In this document: in pieces, positions 56,214 to 64,000 of the stretch
Position numbering within the stretch: position 1 is the first letter of the stretch
How the letters are laid out: the number at the start of each line of letters is the position of its first letter
Source: the human T2T-CHM13v2.0 reference genome, Homo sapiens
Direction: 5' to 3' (one strand)
DNA: 64,000 nt
Assembly (NCBI RefSeq): GCF_009914755.1
Contig: NC_060940.1
Made by a program: the position numbers and the translations under genes
Notes under the pieces: generated by a model
Told to the model about the DNA's origin: nothing
The model's database searches: none
What the model saw: the letters and a program-made list of their open reading frames with translations, nothing else

Positions 56214-57695
56214 ACTCCATGATAACAGGAGTTATTATTTTTCCATTGCTGTCTCCCCAGTTCCTGGAACAGTGCCTGGTACCCAAGTATTTCCTGAATG
56301 AATAAATGATGAAGATTTCTTTGCCGAGTGCTTGGAGTATAGTAGGAACTCAATTAATGTCAGTTATCTTGCTTCACGTTTCTCAGCAAGGAGCTTAAAC
56401 TTTAGAGCTGAAGATAAGACAGTGTGAGATGGATTTTTTTTTTTTGGATTTAGTTAAGCCACATGGATCTTTTTATATCCCAATAACGACACAGTGCAGA
56501 GCCTAAGAGAAAGTGAATTTTCACTTTATGTTTTAACCAATTTGTTCCACATAAAGTATGTCTGGGGTGATAAGAGCAAGAGTTAGGAAAAAAATAAAGC
56601 ACTAGAACAATTCATGGAATTTGCTTATTAGTTCTTGTCCTCTCTAGCAGGGCTTGCCTTGAAAGAAGGAGCTGACTAGAGAGAAAGAGCTACATTGACT
56701 CTGCAGGAGTAAACACCACAATTAAAAGTTTCCTTTAATGAATCCTGTGTGAATCTCCCTATTGAAAGATGCATGAATGGAAGCTATTTCTGTCCCTTGC
56801 TTTATGAATGAATTGTATGGAGATGTTTCTTTGCTATAGTGAAAGGCATCCCACATAGAGCACATGCTTCGTGTCTGCACCTCACTAATTGACTCATGAG
56901 TTTATGGGGTGCCGATTATGTGCCCGGGGTGGTGGGTGGAGAATGGGGAACTGGGGAAGAAACACCTTGGCAGGTGCTCTGAGAGTGCATTAGGGGAACC
57001 TGGATCAGATACGAAGGGGATAGGTTAGGGAAGACTTGTCAGAAAGTATGTTTGAGCTGAGATTTCAAAATTAATAGACATTAACTCGGCAGAGGGTGGT
57101 ATTGGGACAGTGGTTCAGAATGAAAGGCATTCTAGGCAGAGGAAAATTTGAGAAAGTGGATCCTGGGTTCATAACCTGTCTCTTCCACTATGGAGACCCA
57201 TCTCTCTCTGTGCCTCAGTGTCTCCAAACGTAATAAGAAGGGTTGGATTAAATGGTTTTTGAAAAGTTCTATACAGATGGGAATTCTGTTTGATCATACA
57301 GGGCACTATTTTCCTTTTCCTCTACCTTCCTGTGCCCTTCCTTTCCTACTATGTGCATTTTCCCTTTCCTTCCTTCTTTGACCCTTCTCTGCCCCCTCCC
57401 TTTTATTTTTAGTTATGTGGCCAATCACCAAGGGCAACAGGGAATATTATTTAATGTCTTTGAGAACACTTTGGGCAGAAGGAGTGGCAGATTGCTTCAT
57501 TAACATTTATTCTCAAATTTGAATAGGGAGAATAAAAATTTTAGAGACAGAATAGTAAGTGGGCACACTAAATCTTAGGGTGGTAGAAAGGAAAATTGAG
57601 TTCCATAGTAGCAACATTTGGGTAAAGAGGAGATTCTTTTATTGGGTGAATAATCACTCTGTAATTAATCACTCTGTTAGTATAATCATTAACAC

Positions 57696-58235
57696 TGCAA
57701 AGGGGTTCAGAGTATGCAACCCCCAAATATGCCACTTGAGCATGAAGATTATTTTGAGCTGAAGGCAATTCAAAAACAGCAGATGCAAACAAAGCTCTCT
57801 ATCCTCCTCCTTTCTGCCTACATGCAGGGCATAAATTTCCATTTGTGAAGGTGTCCCCCACATTTCTCCCATACCAAAAATAGAAGACTCTTATCATGGG
57901 AGATGGCACTGACTTGAATCTGCACAAACAAACCTTACTGAAATAATCCTTTTCTTCCTTTAGTTTTCCCTGTATAATGACCTTTCCAGAATTTACCACC
58001 CCTAAAAACCCAAACTCTTTTCCTTTGTCCAGTCACTTCTCCACACATTTATCACTCTTTGTTAAAATGGTATGTAAGCTCTCAGGCCTAACTACATCTT
58101 TGGATTATCACTTCCTTTTCTATGAGAGGTACCTATAAACATAAAAATATTAATATCAATATAATCCACCTACTTTTTCTCTTGCTAATCTGTCTTTTGT
58201 TAGTTTAATGTGCGTGGTCTCAGTTATTGAGCCTA
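57696..58235 (+). mobile_element. MER34-family ERV1 solo LTR
   Basis: 'aggggttcagagtatgcaacccccaaatatgccact...gattattttgagctgaaggcaatt'. Confidence 0.75.
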
Positions 58236-60703
58236 ACTATAACTAGTTGAACTATTCCTATATTACCCATAGAATTATCACAACAAGTATCAATTAATAA
58301 CCCCAATTTGTAGGTGGGAAAACTGAGGCTCTAAGAGGATACTCAGCTAGCAAGTAGTAGAACCAGGCTGGGATTCCTGGTAGCCAGCCCTCAGAGTTCA
58401 TGTATCTCCACCTCACATTGGCTGACCCTAGATCTGCTGCATGCTGACTATGTGACCTTGGCTTAGCTGCCTTTTCTCTGGGCCTCGGTTTCCCCAACTG
58501 ATCTCTGCATTGCTTTCATTAGTGCTTTCTGATTTGGTCACAAACCCCTGTTCTTTCCCTGCATCTGAAGTCACCATTAGACAAAGGAGGAGAAAACAGC
58601 AGGAGACTTGTGAGCTCTGTGGCAAATACTTTGAACTCATTCATTCAAGGACTGGAAATATATTTAACCCAAGGGCAAAGTAAAGGACAGGATGAGTTTT
58701 GGTATACTAGAATAGATAGAGAAGAGAGTAAATTTGGAGTGCATGACAATTTCTTGAGTGGCAAAGAGAATAATAAAAATCAGATGTTGCAGTGGGGAAA
58801 AGAAACCTCCCATTCCATCTGGGCCGGATTTACACTTGGGGAGTAATTTTGGCAGGGGTAGAGCCTTGGTTTGTTAAATATTAAACAAAAAATATTAATA
58901 ATCTGGCTCCTTCTTCATGTCTGTCTCTGATGGTACAACAACTCCTAATTCGCTTTACCTCTTCATTCTCTCTTAGTTAGGCTGATATTTCATTCTAGCA
59001 GAATTTATTTTGTAGCCAGTGGTAAGCCTCCAAAAGGTTTGCCAAAAGCTAGACTTGTAAGAACTCTTCCTCCTTTCCCTGAGAATTCACGAGAAGGGGA
59101 TGGGACAGAGAACAAGAGACTCTGAAATATTTCTTGGCCATAACAGCAGAAATACCATGTAGCCCTTCTCTCCCCTTTGCCTTGGTCTTCCCCCATGAAA
59201 AAGAACATGCTATCAAAAAGAGAAGACAGGCAGGTGGACCAGATTCGAGGGTATAATTGTGCATATAAAATCCAAATATTCTGGGGCTGGCTTCTCAGAG
59301 GAAGGAGAAATACGCTGCATTACCCTGAAGTCCTACAAGATCAAAGTGAGGGAGTGAAGGAGGTAATGCGAAGTGTCTGAATTGCTTGAAGAAATAAAGG
59401 CATAAGAAAGATGGCTAGGAGAACAGATATGAAAGATAATGAAGTTTAGCTTGAATTATGGTGTAAGAGTGTGGCTAAAAGTTTCTGAAAGCGTGAGATT
59501 AGGGCAGCATAAATAATCTATAAAGACATTAGTGCCTGTCTTACTTATTTCTCATCCATATTTAAAATACACCAACCTCCTCCATTGTTTCATCGAGCAC
59601 CATTTATAAAATGGGGACAGCACACCCAGAGTGTTCACTGTCCCTCCGGATGTAATTTTACTGAATTCGCAGTCACATTTTGTTTTCCATTTCTTATAGA
59701 AATGCTTGAAAAAAATCCCTAAACAAAGAAATACTTAGCTGACATTTTAAAACACAAACTGTATGCCAAATAAAAGGGCAGGTTGCTAGAAGCTCTTTAG
59801 TAAATGATTACGCTTTAAAGGTCTAAATGTACACACTCATTTTCAAGTACATTTTATAAAATAATTTACTCCCAGTCTGTTCTGAATAATCGTACAAAAA
59901 TGGTTCGTAAGCATAATAAATCTTTCACATACCATCTTTTTGCATGCTGTTCTTGAAAGTCTCAATTTGAAGATTATACTTAATGGAATTGTCTGTCGAT
60001 TTCAATCATTATCATCTGGGGCAGATGGTTCTTTGATTGTGCATTTAATATGCAGGAAAATACTGCGCTGCTTCTGCTTTGGAGTTAGCCTTCCGACAAT
60101 TCACATTGTGAAGGGTACCTTTTTGCTTAGAGAATTGTTTCTTTTAAACACCAGACTTTATGTATCATTACAAATAAATATATTCAGAGATGAATTTTCA
60201 TCATTAATTTGTTCACCTCATGTATTCACATTTGAAATGGAGCTCATTTGGGATTTATTACATAAATGATGAATTTGAGAGGAATACGTGCCAAGCTGCC
60301 ATGGAAGCTGGAAGCACCAAGGCAGCTGATGGCTCATGAGGACAAGTTTGTCTAAAGCAGGGCCAAATGCACAGGGCCTGAGTTCAAGAAGCCATATCAT
60401 TCCTCGGGCCTTGCTCTTGGAATAATGGATTTTCTCTGAGAAGGTAGTGTCCCCAATGGTTAACTTTTTGGCATAACCCCCCAGCTCTTGCGGAATGAGT
60501 TTTTCTCTCGAAATTCTGCCTATATCATTATTTCCATCTTAATCTACCATGTCTCCAGGATGAGTGGAAGAAAAGGAGCATAGAGAACATAGGTCATAAA
60601 TCTCACTTGTGATGGGCACTAGGTCAGATAGAAGAATTCAGTGAAGAAATTTTTCTAACATTTTAATATGCCCTGAGCATCAACTAACACAGCCACTACT
60701 GTA

Positions 60704-61530
<827 letters not shown>

Positions 61531-62599
61531 TCTATCCGTATAAGCAGATAAAAGTGTATAATATCATTTGTGAAGCTTGTGTAACTCTATGACATAGCAG
61601 CAAAAACATAGGTTTTGGAATCATAGGACTCAGGTTTGGATTTTAATTCCTCCTCCTGGAAAGGAGTGTAGAGTTAAGGCAAAGTGGGTGGCTGTGGTAG
61701 TTGTGTGACCCCAGGCAATTCACTTAGCCTCTCAGCCTTAGGTTTCCCAGTTATGAAAATGAAAATAATAGTATGCCTACCTCATAGGACAGTTGTGATG
61801 ACATACTACCAGCAGAGCAGGTAGCCTATTTGTGATTATTAATACATTTAGCAATTACTTACACACTACTAACAACTTGTGCTTTCCCAGAGCTTGTGCT
61901 GCATGGCTCCAGCACAAGGAGCCCTCCCTTGTCCACCTATTTACCTATGGGCCATCGGCCACCTGGCAGTGGGGAGGGAAGTACAGGGGAACTGTCTGCC
62001 GAGGCCCTGACCAACAGAAACTGTGATTCTCTAACTATCGTGTGAGTCCAGAAGAAAGCAGCATTTGATTCACAAAAATTAAATTTGCATGCGATGTTTT
62101 CCTATTGCATGAAACCATCTGCACAGTGTTCATCTGAGTAGCAACGCCCTGTGTGTGAACCACACATTATGTCGCAGATGCATCTTCATTAGCGACCAGA
62201 GTGGTATTCAAAATGGGTAAATTGGATCATTTAATATCGCTGCTCTTACCGCCGGAAAAAATGAAATTGAGGTTTTTTTTCCCCATTAGAGTTAATAAGA
62301 CTTCAAAGGCTAGATTTTCATTAGGAAGGCAAAAGCATTCTTATAAATCCTGTCTCTCTGAAGAAGAGCTGAGGATGAAGAAGCCAGAAACCTGGGGCCA
62401 CTGTCACTATCTTCCCACAGTGAGACTGTGACACTGTGGACTCAGCTTTTTTGCTCTTTAGGAATCACAGCCCAGAAGGACTTTTCTCATACCTCTCCTC
62501 TGAAATGCAATTGAGAGCTCACTTCCTCCAGGAAGCCTCTTGGTTTATCCACCCGGGTCACAGCTCTGTGACCCCACTTCCTCAGGCCACTTTGGAACT

Positions 62600-63075
62600 C
62601 AGCATCCAGTTTTTCCCCAGAAGCAGAGCCTAAGGCAAGACTTGGTGGAGGAAGGGCTTTATCTGGGAATTGATCCCAGGGAGCAGATGTGAGAGGCTGG
62701 GGAGAGGGAGACAGGGATGAGAAGAAACCTCTGTAAGGATGCAAAACTGAGGCTACTGCTGTGGGCCCTAGGGCCTGGATCCCACTGCTCTGGGGAAGCC
62801 TGCAGAAGGCCTCGAAGGGCAGTCTGCCTGAAGCACAGAGGGAAGAAGCAATGGCTTTCGCAACACCTCCATTGGTTGTAGGTTTCCTGTGGGAACATTA
62901 ACCTCACATTCAAGGGTGACACATGGGTTCAGAGGTAGTGGAATCCTAGGACATTAGAGAAGACCCTGGGGCAGAAAGAAAAGTCTATGAGTGCTTGAGG
63001 TGAGATCCAGCCAGCAAGAGGCAAATAACTGGGGCTGGGCAATAGGAAGAGGGGCACCTGAGCCACCTGCCACAT
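62600..63075 (-). mobile_element. LTR33/LTR16-like ERVL LTR
   Basis: 'ccccagaagcagagcctaaggcaag...tttatctgggaattgatcccagggagca'. Confidence 0.6.
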
Positions 63076-63279
63076 AGTAATTGTCAACTCAAAAGAGGTA
63101 AAAGACCAGACTGCAATCCAATATAAGAAGGTGTTTATTGGAGTCTTAAGAACTGCAATTTGGAAGACACAGATATGGCTAGAAGCCAACTTGTGTTCTG
63201 AAGAGAGGGAAGGGAGTATGGTTTTTTGTTTTGTTTTGTTTTTTGACAAAGTCTCACTGTGTTGCCCAGTTAGCACTTC

Positions 63280-63650
63280 TGCCTAACTGTATGTTTGTAA
63301 CCATTGGCCAGTCTCTCTTCATACCCTCTGCCCCCGACATTTTTCCCAGCCTCTGGTATCTATTATTCTACTTTTCACCTCCACGATATCAACATTTTTA
63401 GCTCCCACATGTGAGTTAGAACATGAAAATTTGTCATTCTGTGTCTGGCTTATGTTACTTAATATAATGACCCCCAGTTCTATTCATGTTGCTGCAAATG
63501 ACATGATTTTCTTCTATTTTATGGATGAATTGTATTTAATTGTGTAGGTATACCAGGTTTTCTTTATTCATTTCTTTGCTGATGGATATTTAAATTGATT
63601 CCACAGCTTTACTATTGTGAGTAGTGCTGTAATAAATACTTGAGTGCAGA
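63280..63650 (-). mobile_element. L1MA 3' fragment
   Basis: 'tttagctcccacatgtgag..aacatg..tttgtcattctgtgtctggcttat..catgttgctgcaaatgaca'. Confidence 0.85.
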
Positions 63651-63656
63651 CACTAA

Positions 63657-64000
63657 AATGGAAGATGGCTGAATAGGAACAGCTCCAGTCTGCAGCTCCC
63701 AGCATGATCAATGCAGAAGACGGGTGATTTCTGCATTTCCAACTGAGGTACCTGGTTCATCTCACTGGGACTTGTTGGACAGTGGGTGCAGCCCATGGAG
63801 GGCTGGCGGAAGCAGGGTGGGGCGTCGCCTCACTGGGGAAGCACAACAGGTCAGGGAATTCCCTTTCCTAGCCAAGGGAAGCCATGACAGACTGCCTGGA
63901 AAAATGGGGCACTCCTGCCCAAATACTGCACTTTTCCCAAGGTCTTAGCAACCAGCAGACAAGGTGATTCTCTCCTGTGCCTGACTCTGCTGGTCCCAAG
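63657..64000 (+). mobile_element. L1PA (about L1PA7/8) 5'UTR, continuing beyond the window
   Basis: 'aagatggctgaataggaacagctccagtctgcagctcccagc' (YY1-site region) and 'gggtgatttctgcatttccaactgaggtac'. Confidence 0.9.

Overview
This is human or great-ape non-coding genomic DNA (intergenic or lncRNA-intronic), roughly half made of transposable elements. No intact cellular protein-coding gene, tRNA, rRNA or CRISPR array is visible; the long ORFs are retroviral/L1 relics or simple-repeat artefacts. The first 12.4 kb is an old L1M element carrying nested insertions: two AluJ, a 5'-inverted L1PA, an MLT1 and a HERV-H provirus. That provirus has a 5' LTR7 and a perfect 5-bp target-site duplication (TSD) but no 3' LTR, and it ends at a CA in the polypurine tract. 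Elsewhere are a 968-bp HERV-K(HML-2) LTR5_Hs-type solo LTR, other solo LTRs (LTR8, MER39, MER66, MLT2A, MLT1, MSTB, MER34, LTR16/33), DNA transposons (MER6 x2, MER46, MER44), Alus, L2/MIR relics and several microsatellites. The most notable observations are the one-LTR HERV-H, a 48-bp-stem hairpin apparently made by template switching (35391-35499), a 141-bp piece of local unique DNA copied into a MER44 transposon, and a speculative LTR7-to-LTR5_Hs chimeric transcript. Repeat family names come from recalled consensus sequences, not from a database search, and boundaries without a TSD are approximate.
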